Positions 12,391-25,316 of a stretch of DNA of 64,000 nucleotides are shown in pieces (within the stretch, counting starts at the first letter, position 1; each line of letters starts with the position of its first letter). Position numbers and translations under genes: made by a program. The notes under the pieces were generated by a model that saw only the letters and a list, made by a program, of their open reading frames with translations, had not been told where the DNA came from and made no database searches. Source of the stretch: Selaginella moellendorffii. Taxonomy: Eukaryota; Plantae; Lycopodiophyta. The stretch lies in the NCBI RefSeq assembly GCF_000143415.4, contig NW_003314308.1, forward strand, positions 692,254 through 756,253, read 5' to 3'.

Positions 12391-12836
12391 CGTACCAATC
12401 CTGAAATAAGAGTCTCAAAGCATGATTTCTTCTCACAGAATCCAGAAGGCCACGAGTTTGTAGAAGAAAGCTATAGAAAATTCCCCACGCAAAGCAAGAA
12501 CAAAGAATATCAAGGGATCCAAGCAGCCAAGCAATCTAGGCGCGACCGCTTACCCGATCAAAGCTTCGCTCGCGAGCACGATCACCAACGAATAGCACCG
12601 AGATCGAAAATATCACTTCGCGAATACGATCGGACGTGCCATCACGCCGCGCCACCGGGAGGAAATGCGCGATAAAGTCACATCGGGCGCCCTAAAGTTT
12701 TAAATATCGCATTTTACGCGGGAAAGCTAGTCGACATAAAATTTTTACAAGTTGCAATGGTATGATTTGACAAAACTGAAATTAAGGAATATATGCCAGG
12801 AATGGGCATTTTTCTCGCTTTTCTGCGTGAAACCAG

Positions 12837-14642
12837 ATGAACTTGGCTTCCGTTGTTTTCCACAGCAAAGATCAATCGACGACTGCTTCTCTGAACAAGC
12901 AGATTGAAATGTATGGGCGATGCGGGGACCTCGCACACGCGAGACAAATCTTCCATGCAATTGCCCACAAGGACGATTTCTCGTGGGTGATGATGTTCCA
13001 TGCCTTGTCTCGAAATGGCTGTCTTATAGACGCTAAGAATCTATTTGACTCCATTCCAGAAGAAAACTGCACTGTCGTCGCTTGGAATTCGATGCTCTCG
13101 ACATATGCCCGTAACGGGCATCTGGATCAGGCAAAAGCTCTCTTTGACCAAATGCCGGCGTGGGATATAATCTCGTGGAATACAATCCTCTCATTGTTTT
13201 CCACAATTGAGGAGTGCTTCGATAAAGCCAAAAAATGTTTTGACGAGATGGGCGAGCGGGATCTTGTCTCCTGGACTGTGATGCTCAACGCAAATGCCAA
13301 GCACGGGCATTTGGAGGATACGGAGAAGCTGTTCTTTCAGATGCCACAGAGGAATCTCGTGTCGTGGACGGTGATGCTCGTGGCATACTCCGAGAATGCA
13401 ATTGTGTCTTTTGCAAAGAGTTTCTTTGATGGAATGCCACAGCACGACGAGATCGCATGGAGCGCCTTGGTAGCAGTGTATGCCCGAGCTGGGGATTTTG
13501 TTCGCGCCAAGCAATCTCTGGATGCAATGCCCTGTGTCACAACCACGGCACTCAACGCGATCTTGAGCTCGGGAAGCCTGGAGCTCGCGAGATCCTTGTT
13601 TGATGCCATGCCTGGCTGGGATCTAGCGTCCCTGAACGCGATGCTCGCGGCTCTAGCGCGCGGTGGAGCGATCGACGAGGCACAGAGCTTCTTCTCGCGG
13701 ATGCCGCAGATCAATCTCGTCTCCTGCACGATTTTGATAGCCAGCTTCGCCGAGATTGGAGATCTGGACAGGGCGGCGTGGATCTTTCACGAGAGGATGC
13801 CGCGGCACGACACCATCGCATGGAACACGATGCTCAGTGCGTTCGCTTTGAACGGGTATATGGAAGAAGCAAAGGAAATGTTTGATCGATGCCCGTACGC
13901 TAGAGATCTCTTCTCGTACAACACTGTTCTTGCGGGAATTGCAACCGATATTGTGCTGTGTGAGATATTCTTTTCTAGAATGCCCAGATGTGATCTCGTG
14001 TCCTGGAATACACTTCTGTCAGCATATGCCGAATGTGGGCATCTTTGTTCTTGTCAATCTGTCTTTGAGGCTATGCCTGAGAAGGATCAAGTCTCGTGGA
14101 ACACAATGCTAGGAGCTATCTTGCAAATTGGAGACTTGACAATATCAAAGTCTTTCTTCTTTCAAATGCCTCTTAAGAACACTTTCTCCTGGAATTCTTT
14201 AATCTCAGCATTTGCTCTCAACGGGGATCTTGAACGAGCTAAGACCCTTTTCGATCAAATGCCGCTGGGCAGCGATCAGGCGTCCTTGAGTGGCTACCTT
14301 GCAGGAACTGCCAGATCAAAGCTCTTCAATCCTTCCACCTTTGAGATCTTCCACAGCGTCGCACTGGTGCACGGAGAGATCAACGAGGACTCCTCGCATT
14401 TCTTCGAGTCAGCGCTCATCACTTGCAGCCGGAGCGGTAAGATCTCCACTGCACGAAGATGGTTCCTCTCGATGATCGTGGATCACGGCACAAGACCCTG
14501 CAAGCATCACTACTGCTGCATGGTCGATCTTCTCGCGAGAAGCCAGTGCCTCGCGACCTTAGCAGAGAACCTTGTCCTCAACATGCCATTTCAGCCGGAT
14601 TGCATGGAGTGGACGTGCTTGCATGGAGTGGAAGTTCAGTGA
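12837..14642 (+). CDS. PLS-class PPR protein dominated by short S-type repeats, truncated E region
   Basis: Tandem ~31-aa repeats (AKALFDQMPAWDIISWNTIL, etc.) ending in HYCCMVDLLAR...MPFQPDCMEW. Confidence 0.85.
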   Translation: MNLASVVFHSKDQSTTASLNKQIEMYGRCGDLAHARQIFHAIAHKDDFSWVMMFHALSRNGCLIDAKNLFDSIPEENCTVVAWNSMLSTYARNGHLDQAKALFDQMPAWDIISWNTILSLFSTIEECFDKAKKCFDEMGERDLVSWTVMLNANAKHGHLEDTEKLFFQMPQRNLVSWTVMLVAYSENAIVSFAKSFFDGMPQHDEIAWSALVAVYARAGDFVRAKQSLDAMPCVTTTALNAILSSGSLELARSLFDAMPGWDLASLNAMLAALARGGAIDEAQSFFSRMPQINLVSCTILIASFAEIGDLDRAAWIFHERMPRHDTIAWNTMLSAFALNGYMEEAKEMFDRCPYARDLFSYNTVLAGIATDIVLCEIFFSRMPRCDLVSWNTLLSAYAECGHLCSCQSVFEAMPEKDQVSWNTMLGAILQIGDLTISKSFFFQMPLKNTFSWNSLISAFALNGDLERAKTLFDQMPLGSDQASLSGYLAGTARSKLFNPSTFEIFHSVALVHGEINEDSSHFFESALITCSRSGKISTARRWFLSMIVDHGTRPCKHHYCCMVDLLARSQCLATLAENLVLNMPFQPDCMEWTCLHGVEVQ

Positions 14643-14659
14643 CAATACAAAGAGTTTCG

Positions 14660-15028
14660 ATCAGAGTTTCTTTGAAGATCACGAAGAGCACATAACTTGC
14701 TTTGAAGACACAGAACTTGCTCTTGGAGAAGGTAAAGATGAAAGTCATAAAAAAAAAAAAAAAAGTTTGTAGCGATGCGCATTATCGCGTCTTCTCGTTT
14801 CTTTCGTGGGACCACTGTGGCGAGGACAGCAAGAAAGAATCTGGCAGTGTGGCGCTTTACAAGTTCCTGACCGAGCGGCTGAGCCATCAACAGAGTTTTC
14901 TTCGCGAATTTCTCTCCGCAGCAGTCACGATGCACTTCAACTACTTGATCATACCGCTGCCGATCCTGGCTCTTCTCGTCATCGTCGTGGGTATCTGCTG
15001 CTACTGCCTCGGAAGACGCCAATACTAG
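14660..15028 (+). CDS. Possible small membrane-anchored protein or extra exons
   Basis: ORF ends in a hydrophobic LIIPLPILALLVIVVGICCYCLGRRQY segment. A GTAAAG donor lies near 14732, but the gene structure is unresolved. Confidence 0.25.
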
Positions 15029-15221
15029 AGCAAGACAAAGGAAAGCAACATGAGCATCGCTTTTGATCACTTTCGCTTACCTCCAAGTTGTAGCCTTTGT
15101 AGGATGAAATCAATAAGCAGCACCAGCAGCTAGTTTTCCAGCTGCCACATAATCTCCTCGTTTCTCCTCCCTGTTGAGCAGCGTTGTCTGATCTGCTGCT
15201 TAGTGCTGGAACTGTTCCAAC

Positions 15222-17612
15222 TCAAAACGCCGCTGCTGTTGCTGCTGATCCGTGCTGGAACCCCGGCGGAAGAACATCCTCGTCGCCTACCGGGAACGGC
15301 AGGTCCGGAGACGCTGGCAGTGGCATATCATCGCTCCCGACCAGCAGGAGCTTCCCAGCCGTGGTAGTACTCGCCTCCGCGGCCTCCTCCTCCTCCGGAG
15401 GGAGCTGCTGCCTCAAGATTCCCCTCACATGAGATTGCCTAAACCACTTGACGAAGAAGGAGCCCCGGCACCAAAATGACCCGAGGTCCTCGTCCTGGAA
15501 GATAAACGGCGAGTCCAGCGGCTTCATCATCGCCTCGATAGCTTGCCTGACGGCGATGGCGTCTGAGTCCGCCTTGCTCCCTGTTAGAATCTTGATCCTC
15601 TGAGGAACGAACCTGCGCTTGAGTATCCTCTCCCGGAACTTCTCCAGCGTGCACAGCACCCCGATGAGCGCCGCTCCGATGGACATGCTCCTCACCTTGA
15701 GGCACCACGTCAAGTCTCCCTGGAGGACGATGGAGTTCGGGTACATGTGAATCTGATAGACCACCTTCCAGAAGCTGCGAGCTTTCCTCTCCTGCCCCAT
15801 CACCACCAGATAGTTGAGCAGCACGTTGGTGAGGTAGCGTCGCGTCTTGAAATCCACCTCGGCTTCCAGCTCCGAGTAGAACGACTTGATGTAGTCGGCC
15901 AGACTCTGGCCATTGCGGTGCTTGCTGCTTCCCATGAGCCCGCACAGAAAGCTGTGCGCCGGATGCTTCGTCTCTCGCATGAAGCTCATGACCACTTCTT
16001 CGTGCTCCAGCCTCGAACCACGCAGAAAAAACTCGAGCAGCATGCAGTACGTCCTCAAGTCCACTGCCGAGCCCGGCCTTTGCATAAAGGAGAGCATCTG
16101 CCTCGCATGCTCCATGTCGCCACAGCTGAGAAAACCGTGGAGGATCTCCCGGCAGAGGCTGACGTGAGGAGTAAATCCATGTCCCGTGACCTTGAGAAAG
16201 AGCTCCCAGGCATCGGAGATTCTCTTGTCGTCCACCAGCTTGACGATGCTATCGTTGACAGCGTCCGCGACGTTAAGTCCCATCTCTTGCATCTCAAATA
16301 GGATCCTCTCGACGTCGTCATACTTTCCACCCTTGGCTACGGCTCCAACCACGATCCGGCAAGTAAAATGCGACGGCCTCAGTCCAACCCCACGCATCTC
16401 CCTGTAGAGCCTCACCGCAGTCTCGGCCTTTCCCGCTTGAGCGTGCTGCTCAATCAGAACCGCAAAGATGAGCGGCGGAAGCCACAGTCCCACGCCCCGC
16501 ATCCTCTCGTAAAACTCTAGAGCCGCGTCCAGCATCCCCGCCTTTGCATGAGCATCCACCAGAGCAGCGTAGATACACAGATTGGGCTTGTAGTTGAAAG
16601 CCTCCATGTCCTTGAAAAACTTGAGCCCCGTCTCCAGCCTGCCCGACTTGCAGTAAGCCTCGATGAGCGAAGCAAAAGTTCCCAGAAGTGGTCGAATCTC
16701 CAAGCTCCGCATCTCCTCAAAGTACTTGGTCCCGATCTCCAGCCTTCCCGACTTCAGCTGTCCCGCAATGAGAGCCGAGTAAGCCACAGCATTCGGCTGA
16801 TGCCCCTCGGCCTTCATCCTCTCGAAGAGCATGCAAGCCAGGTCGAGCCTTCCAACTTTCCCGGCGTGAGGCACCACCACCTCGTACCCGACCCTGTCCA
16901 GCGAGCAGCCAATCTTTTGCATCTCATCGTAGACCTCGAGCACCTTCTCGGACTGCCCCGCGTACGAGTAGAGGCTCATGAGTGTGTTGAAAGTGAAGAT
17001 ATCTGGGACACACCTCGAGTCTTGCATCTCCTTGTAGTATCCCCAGGCCTCGTCCAGCTTGTGAGCTTTCCCATAGACTTTGATGAGAGTGTTGTAAGCC
17101 ACCGTGGTCATGGGACACTTATCCGCCTTGAGGTCGGACAGCACCCTCTGGACGGCCTGGAAATCCTTTCCTCGTCCATAGGTGTTGAGAAGGATGGAGA
17201 ACGAATACGTGCTTGGGACGTACCACTTTTGCCTGCGAATCCATTGGAAGAATCCATTGGCGACGTCGGGCTCCTGGATGTTCTTGAGGACCTCGTTGAT
17301 GTGAAACTCCGAGGGCCTGATGTCCAGGAGCTGGAGCTCCCTCTCCACTTCTGGGGACCAGTATGGCCGCCTCACAACGTAGAGAATCTTGGAGATCAAG
17401 TCGGCGTTGCTGAGGCCGATCTCTCCCAGCTTGCTGGGGCGGAAGAAAGCCGGATCATCGTCCGCGCGCAGCAAGAAGCTCGGGAGCTCCTCCTTGTAGA
17501 AGAATCTCACGGGCGCCCAGATCACCCTAGAAGAGGCCTCTTGCCTGGCCGCATTCGCCTGGAGGAGCAGGGACGATGCTAACCTGGAGAGCGGCCGGCG
17601 GAGGGCGAGCAT
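15222..17612 (-). CDS. P-class PPR protein with C-terminal SMR-like domain, mitochondrial-type presequence (EMB2217/At1g79490-like)
   Basis: 35-aa P repeats (AYNTLIKVYGKA, TFNTLMSLYSYAG). The C-terminal RYLTNVLLNYLVVMGQ...WCLKVRSMSIGAALIGV...PQRIKILTG resembles EMB2217 as recalled. The N-terminus is Arg/Leu/Ser-rich. Confidence 0.88.
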   Translation of the reverse strand: MLALRRPLSRLASSLLLQANAARQEASSRVIWAPVRFFYKEELPSFLLRADDDPAFFRPSKLGEIGLSNADLISKILYVVRRPYWSPEVERELQLLDIRPSEFHINEVLKNIQEPDVANGFFQWIRRQKWYVPSTYSFSILLNTYGRGKDFQAVQRVLSDLKADKCPMTTVAYNTLIKVYGKAHKLDEAWGYYKEMQDSRCVPDIFTFNTLMSLYSYAGQSEKVLEVYDEMQKIGCSLDRVGYEVVVPHAGKVGRLDLACMLFERMKAEGHQPNAVAYSALIAGQLKSGRLEIGTKYFEEMRSLEIRPLLGTFASLIEAYCKSGRLETGLKFFKDMEAFNYKPNLCIYAALVDAHAKAGMLDAALEFYERMRGVGLWLPPLIFAVLIEQHAQAGKAETAVRLYREMRGVGLRPSHFTCRIVVGAVAKGGKYDDVERILFEMQEMGLNVADAVNDSIVKLVDDKRISDAWELFLKVTGHGFTPHVSLCREILHGFLSCGDMEHARQMLSFMQRPGSAVDLRTYCMLLEFFLRGSRLEHEEVVMSFMRETKHPAHSFLCGLMGSSKHRNGQSLADYIKSFYSELEAEVDFKTRRYLTNVLLNYLVVMGQERKARSFWKVVYQIHMYPNSIVLQGDLTWCLKVRSMSIGAALIGVLCTLEKFRERILKRRFVPQRIKILTGSKADSDAIAVRQAIEAMMKPLDSPFIFQDEDLGSFWCRGSFFVKWFRQSHVRGILRQQLPPEEEEAAEASTTTAGKLLLVGSDDMPLPASPDLPFPVGDEDVLPPGFQHGSAATAAAF

Positions 17613-17725
17613 TGGCGAGGGCGCGCGCTCATCGCCAAAATCCCAAGCGCAGTGATAAACCCTAAACCTCGCAAAAAAAAAATCAAAATATGTTCCAGGA
17701 TATTCTTGACCTATTAACTAGGTCT

Positions 17726-17807
17726 CGCGGACGGCAGGATTCGAACCTGCGCGGGCAGAGCCCATTTGATTTCGAGTCAAACCCGTTAACCACTCCGGCA
17801 CGTCCGC
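17726..17807 (-). tRNA. tRNA-Ser(CGA)
   Basis: GCGGACG acceptor stem, D loop CCGGAGTGGTTAACGG, anticodon arm TTTGA-CTCGAAA-TCAAA, long variable arm and GGTTCGAATCC T loop. A T-run terminator follows at ~17673-17682. Confidence 0.96.
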
Positions 17808-17898
17808 CATTGGTGGAAAATCTCAAGATTTTAATTTTATATTCGTTTCTTGGTTTTTATTTTTTGTAATAAAATGAGAATCTAGGGTTCTAGCGCGA

Positions 17899-19556
17899 AT
17901 GGCGCTCACGGGCGTGAAGATCGGCGATGAGGTCTGGAGGAGCTGCCTCACACACGCGCTATCGACGGAGACGGAGGAGGTGATGGGGCTGCTTCTCGGC
18001 GACATCAAAGAGGTGAAATTCTCCCCATTCACAATCTCCAGGAGCTGGATCGACATTTCTTCCATGATCCATCCAGGACAAGAGCAAAGGCACGGTGGAT
18101 GCTCTCGTCTGGGGCGCTGTGCCGCAAGCTCGCTCCGATCGACGCAAGGATCGCGTGGAGACTACTCCGGAGCACCATGGCTCTGGCTGAGATATCCTCA
18201 AGGACATTATTTTCTTTCAGTTTGGTGTTTTTTCCTTCACTCTGGAAGCACAGATTATCTAGGACGATTGGAAACACGACCAGAGTTATTGGCTGGTATC
18301 ATTCACATCCGCACATCACTGTTCTTCCTTCTCATGTTGGTGAGTTTCATCTCCTTCCTGCGTATGAGAAAAAAAAAAAAGAAGTTTTCGTTCTTCGTTG
18401 TTGGTGTAGATCTTCGAACACAGCAGTCTTTCCAGATGCTGGATCCTGGGTTCATTGGAGTCATATTTTCCTGCTTCGACGACGACGCAAACATGGTATC
18501 ATCTTCTTTTGCTTTGCTCCTTTTCCTCATATCAGTTCTAACAGGTCGGTCGAGTTCAATCCATAGCATTTCAATCTACCAATGGTCGCCAAAGGAAGGT
18601 TTCGGGATCTTTTCAGAGTTCATCCGCTCAGCACTCCAGTTTTGGTTTTGGTTCCAACGGGGAACGGTCTTCCGTGGATGAAGCCTCCTCGTCTCTCTCG
18701 GTACTTGAGCATTTGTTGAAAGGGTCACAACTCTTTTCTTTTTTCTTCTTACAGACAGTTGTGGACATCAACTATACTCGTAGGATATCGGATTCGTCAA
18801 GCAATGAAATCGAGCAGCGGCTTTCGCCAGGCATCGAAGAAGCAATGCATCTTTCAAGTCTTGACATGAGGTAAATACCATTCTGCTCGTTCTGAAATTT
18901 TCCTACGTAAAACAGTTCCGGAGACTTTTCACGAAAGGAGATCCCAATGCAAGTAGTTCCTGTGTCCACATTCAACCTCGCCAATCCTCCTCCCGATCCT
19001 CTGCTTTCTTTGCAGCAGACAGTGTTTAACGAAGAAAAGGCTGCGTTTGAGAAAGCGATGCATCAAAGCAAACAGTTAAGTCATTCCTGCTCAACTTCTT
19101 GACAAGTTGTTTCTCTCTTTCTTTCTTCTTGGTTCTCTAGGGGGCAGCGAATCCATCCTTTGGCAGCTTCACACCACTGCGTGACACACCAGGCGTCCCT
19201 TTTGAAACTTATGGAACTCTGGTACTCGCAGTTTTTCTGTTTCCTTTTACACTCTTCATTCGGGTTCTTTCTCTAGCCTTGTGCCTGCAATGACGACGCT
19301 GTGGGACAACCTCCAGCAGAACAAAGCGCAGGTGAAAAATCTGTCTGGATCTTGTTCAGAGCGTGCGAAGTATTAAGTTTGCTCGTTTCCTGTGCAGATT
19401 GCGCTACTGCATCAGGAAGAAGCAGCGCTTGGCCTTAGATTCGATCGGCAGGCAGCCAGGAAACAAGCCGGACACGATGGCACGCGATGGAACTCAGAGC
19501 GTACTCAGCAAAGAATTCCCGATTCTGATCAACGTGTCCGAGGAAACACCGTATGA
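17899..19556 (+). CDS. BRCC36: BRCC36-like Lys63-specific JAMM/MPN deubiquitinase, multi-exon
   Basis: CLTHALSTETEEVMGLLLGD, RSDRRKDRVE, and the JAMM motif VIGWYHSHPHITVLPSHVD followed by LRTQQSFQMLDPGFIGVIFSCF. The 3' end is approximate. Confidence 0.9.
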
Positions 19557-20222
19557 CGTGCTCTTAGTTTCCGCAAAGAGATTGAAGAGGTCCCTTCAGT
19601 CGTAGGCAAGCAAAGTTTCAGAAGCTTCAACTCGGAGGCTTCTTCCGCTCGACGAGTTCATGTAAGCCTTTTGCTACTCTGATTATGGAAGTTGGATGTT
19701 GCAGGTCCAGAGAGGCTACTTCATGAAGCCCTCGAGAGTTCTCTTTGTCAGTGTGAAGCTTGAGAATTCTGCATGATAAACTCCTTCGGGATGTTTGTAA
19801 CATTTAAACACAATTAATTATTTAATAATCATGTTTAAGAGATTCGCCAGCCATTCCAGACCCAAACACGATCACCTCATTCTAAATTCTTCCTTTGTGA
19901 GGCTGGTGTGAGTGTTCTACAACAATAAGATCCCCAGTGTGGGGATGGGGGTGGGGGAGTTGAGGCTTTAGGGTGGAGTGGATGAGGAGTGGATGAGAAA
20001 ACACTAAATGCCATTAATTATAATTACATTTGCAAAAATGGAGATTGATTGTAAGGTTATTGTACCTAGTAGCATTTACTAAATCTAACTTTGGTGTGTT
20101 TGACTTTTACAGAAGAATTGTATTTTGCCACGTGCACTTGAATATTTTTGTTCAAAACATAGTGTCTACTGAATGTTTACTCAATGATAGCGGAAATTAA
20201 TTGCTAGGAAATTATTACACCA

Positions 20223-23200
20223 CTAGTATTTGCCCAGCCAATGCTGGGCAAAGCCTCTCAAACTCACAAATATCTTTGTGACCGAATTTGCTCACATTTC
20301 ACAATTTCCTTGTGAGATGATTCCTCCATCTTTAGCACTGGTCCATTGCTATCCATTGGGCCATAGAGAAAGTTAAAACATAAACAAAGTTTATTATAAT
20401 TTGTTTTTATGTTTTAAGGTGTAGTAGGACAGGAGTTAGTTAATATAAAGCTTCTTTATATACAATATTGATGGTGAATATTGATGAATTGAATGGAATT
20501 AAGCAACCTTGTGTGAGTTGTGTCAATTTGAATTGCAAGTTGTTGTGGTGATGTGCATCTTGAGAGTGCAACATAAAGCTGCCCATGGCATAATCCAATT
20601 ATTGGAGACATATTTCTCAGAAGAATAATTATACAACCTTCTTTTAGTATTAATTTATGTGGTGGTAGTCCAGAGGGAGTAATAGAGTTTAGAAATTCAA
20701 TTGGGAAATCTTCAAGGTGTTCAACATCAACAAAGTCAATGCTAATATAAATTTGAGGTGGACCTGGTAATTGAGAGATGATGTTGTTGTTAATTGGAAA
20801 TGTATCATCATTGAGAGGTGTTAAAATGGCTCTATTTGCTGCAATTTGAACATTTGAAATGTCTTCGATACATGGGAATACGAAATTAGTAATAAAGGTA
20901 CTTTTAATTAGTTCTAAAGGAAAAAGGATAAAATCAAGTGGTAAAATAGGGTTTTGTGTGTAATTATTTCCATCACTAACTTTCAATAGCTATTCTGCCC
21001 AGTTTGGGAACTTGGGGCCAAGTTGCATATTTGTTTGCAATTAGAACTTTCTAAATAGATTTCATAGACTATTCATTCTTATAGATGTGGAAACAATTTA
21101 TGCTTAATGACTGTGTGGGACAATTGGTAATGTTTGACAGAAGTCACCACTTATAACAATAACAATGCCATCGAATGGAGAATTGTTTCATTTCAAGTTT
21201 CGTAAGTAGCGGTCAATAGCTGAAAAGGCAAGTGTATGAACCATATTAATTTCATCCCAAATAAGCACTTGTATTGCTTTCATAAATCTGCTGGCACTAT
21301 TATTAGGTGTTAAACCAGAAACAGATGTATCATTAATTAGAATTGGTAACTTAAAGGTTGCATGGGACATTTGTCCATTGTGTAGTAATATGCAATGCCA
21401 TACAAACCATTTTTTTATTGTAGAACTCAAAATACTTTACCATTGTACTTAATAAATATGTTTTGTCAATACCGCTAGGGCTATCAATAAAATAAAATGG
21501 TTGGTATTGGTCGGGCACTTGACAATGGTAACAATTTAATTAAATATAGCTAATTGTTCAACATTCAAGTTTCTAATATGATGGTAAATTTTTATATATA
21601 AATGGTTGTAGTTTAATATTGGTTGAATAAAGGTATTTAGGATTGGGATAGGTAAGTTGTATAATTGATTTGTTTTACCATGTATTTTCATTCTTGACTT
21701 AATGTCTATTAGAGCAAGTTTATATTGGCATACAATATTTATTCTCCCAAAATCTTCAGAGAGCTGATCCTTAAAAATATCCCAAAGATATAATGGGTCT
21801 TGTGAATTGCAAAAAATATATATGAAAGTAAAAAGTTGACGCAATTGTGTAGGCATTTGAAAATTGCATGATTCTTGTAAACAGTTACCACTCATTATCA
21901 TCATCAAGAAGACCCATAGCAATAGCAGCTTGTTAAAAGCTTTAGTAAGCTATATCATTAACTATTTTAATATTGTCGAAGGATGTCGCACCTCTTTTAT
22001 GAAGAAGAATATTACATAAGTGGTACAACTCGATATTTAGAGGAGATACTGAGTATAGTCGAGGAATAACCTTTTTTTTTCTCAACATTGCCATACATTA
22101 GCAGATTTATTGAAAACATAATGTAAAGGTATTTTAACAAAGGTATATTGTCTTGCATTCGGATAATGAATAATGAGTTCGAACCATTTTGTTAACATTG
22201 TTCTATTATGTGCTGCTCTTTGCAAGGCATTGTGCTCTAAGCCTTCTGTAAAAAATACATATTTTAGAAGTCAGGAAGATGTACGGGTAGACGTATTATA
22301 GGGTGTGAACGTTCATGTATTTTAAATCTAAATATCCTCCAAATAACTTCCGATGCTGAAATGTATCGGGTATTTATAAAATTTGTGATTTCATCACAAT
22401 TTAATACGTTTCCAGATTGAGTAGCTGTTTGGATTTCAATGGTTGCACAATCATATCCTTTATAAATATATTGAAAAAGATACTTAATACTTTTATTTGA
22501 TGCACATATTTCTACATTTATATGGGCTTTGTATTTTTTACATAAATATTTATTATATAGGACAATCCATCTGTTATCAATTGGAACATCATTTTTAAGG
22601 AAGGTATTGTTTGGCTTAAAATATTCTGGGTACCCATCGACACAATATGTAGTTCCGTCATTGAAGTTTTTGGGATAGTTTTTGGAGCATTTTTTGTTTT
22701 CCATACATGGACTTTGAGGATTTAGTAATCCACATGGACTATGTATCATATGTGATGTGATTATTTCAAATAATTCGGGTTTTGATAAAAGGTCAAGTAA
22801 TTGAGCAAATACATATTGGTCAATAGTGTCACGGTCTTTAATTTTACTTTCATTGTATAATATGCCTAGAAAATGACAATGTGGCAAACCTTTTTTTTGG
22901 AACTCAATGACACATATAAATGCAATAGATCTTCCAAAGATATTATTTTGTGTAATATCATGAAGAAAATATTTTAGCTTCATGTTAAAAACCCTAGCAA
23001 CTAAATCAGGTCGGTGTTCAGGTCCTTCATTAGGGTGCAAATTTTGTAATATTTGAAGCCATTTAAGGTTGCAAATGAAAGTTATGAAAATATCAGGTTT
23101 TGAGTATTTTGTTACAATTGCCATAGCATCTTGGTAATTTTGTTGCATAGCTTTTGGGCTTCTTGTAAAAGTAAAAGGTAAAATAACAATTTTTCCTGAT

Positions 23201-25229
23201 TGAGCATTTGCATTAGTAGCTTTGCCAACAACATAATCCATTAAACTTGTATAAAAATCAACTCTTATATTTTTTTGATTAGATCTATAGTATTGTAAAT
23301 TGTTGCTTTTAATTTTAACATAGGCATCTATAATATATTGTTGGGTGAGTTTTCCAATATGTAAAATTTGGTCATATGTAACTGTAGAGGTTGATAATGT
23401 TGAATCTCTTTTGGACAAACGATATGTATAATATTGAAAGAGTGTTACATGCTTGTTAGAAGAAAGCTTGTCATGCCAAGCTCTATCTCCATGTGGAAAA
23501 AGCAATGGATAAACCATAAGATCACAATTAGCATTTAAAATAGATATATGTTGTGGTTTTGATGATTTTGGATGAATGCATATTTCACAGTCAAAAGGTG
23601 GCATACCATCTTCACTTTGGAAAACTATTGCAACATCATTAGTTTGTGGAGTATTATATCGACGATGGTCTGTGCCTTCATTTTTAATGAGCATATATAC
23701 TCCACGTAAATTGCTACCATAAATAATAGTTCTTGAAATATTTTCTCATTCCAATTCATACATCATTCTAAAAGCTTGTGCATATGGATTAATATGTCAA
23801 AGTATCATATCTAGTTGAAGCAGTAAATTATAATCACAGTTAATGTTAAAAGGGTTTTGTTTTCTAATATCAGTAGCCTCATTGGAATCTAGCATGTACA
23901 ATTGACTGTAACTTGGATTTTGATGTATTGAAGGATGTTATGGCATAATTTTGTGATAGATTTGTCCATGAATTCTATAGCAGTATGGACCATGACCCGT
24001 AAAAGTATCAATGCTAGCTCCCATAGATGCGAAAGCAACACTATTACATTGTCTTATATTACTCTTGAAATTAGAGTGTTTGTGTGAGTTATATACAGAA
24101 TACAGAAAAGGTATTGGAGGCAGGTAGACCTATCCACTCTAGTAACAAATAAACTTGTTCTCATTGGCAAAGTGTGAGGCATGACAATACTTACAAATAT
24201 ATGATAGGGGACCTATATTCATTGTCAAAACAGATGTATCATTATATAGGTAATTGCTAGCAAGTGTGCTGCAAATCTGAGGTGAACAGGGCAAATAGGA
24301 ATTCGAAATTGACTGCTGTTTAATGTGATTATTAAGATTTGTTTGATGTCGATACTCTATAGCCTCTTGATATTACTGTTGTAAAAGCTATATGTATGTT
24401 TGTGCTAGTTAGTGTCTTAAACGTTATAATGAAGTGATAATGCTTTGCTTACTGCGTGAGTTTGTGCTCCCTGTCCCATCGCAACACTATTGTGTGTGTT
24501 GTGTGGGTGAGTGATGGAACGATGTACCACTTGCTCGTCGCGTGCTCTGGAGCCGACCATCTGCTGCTCACTTTACAATTACGTGCATTCCCTGGAAGAA
24601 TAGACTCGTCAGTAAAAACCATGGTATGTTTGGGTAAGCTTACCACTGTTGTCTTGTTGGGATCATCTATAGCTTTCCTCGGGTCGTCAACACTTTTGTA
24701 CGTGATGAAAGCGAATCCCCTGCTGGATCAAAAATAGGAATTCCTGTGCCTCACGTCCACACCTCCAGGCTCTGCAACGCTGCTCGCCATCCATTCCAGC
24801 AAAATCCCTGGCCGCTGCTTCCCTGTCGATGCCTCCGGCCACGCCATTGCAGCTGCTCGTCGCCAAAATCCTGCTCGGACGATTTGGGCTCCTTCTGCTG
24901 GAAAAGGGATGCCGAGCGATCCCCTGTCCTTGGTTGCTGCTGGGCAGCAGTGCCCCCTCTCTCGCTTCCCCTGGAAACCCCGTGGCTGGGAGGAGCCGTG
25001 GTGAAAAAAAGAGAGCGTTACCAGGCAAGCAGACGGGTGTCGCTCACACCTCCTCCCCTGGCCGGGGCCATGCCGCGTGCCCACTGGCCAGCCCATAACC
25101 TCACAAAAATATTTCAAAAGGACGTGTGGTAAGAAACTGATATTTACCAGTTTACCCCACATCCGACGGCCCCGATTGGCCAGATCCGGCGGCCCACAAA
25201 GTTCGGCGTTTGCTCCTTATAGTAGTAGA
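20223..25229 (-). mobile_element. Full-length Helitron (~5.0 kb) with degenerate Rep/helicase
   Basis: 5' end A|TCTACTACTATAAG at 25229. 3' hairpin TTTGCCCAGC-ATTG-GCTGGGCAAA (20229-20252) is followed by CTAG|T at 20223. Insertion is between A and T. Confidence 0.93.
20456..24230 (-). pseudogene. Helitron RepHel (HUH Rep plus PIF1 helicase), interrupted by stops and frameshifts
   Basis: Rep motifs PDIFITF, VIEFQKKGLPHCH and KYLFQYIYKG. Helicase motifs LIWDEINM, GLPPHKLILKEG and GQLYVALSR. Confidence 0.92.
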
Positions 25230-25316
25230 TATTTCTTCTACTTCATAACCACATTTTAAGAAATGCCCAAAAATCGATTATCACTTTGTTATCATCCACT
25301 CATGCAGCTCGATAAT

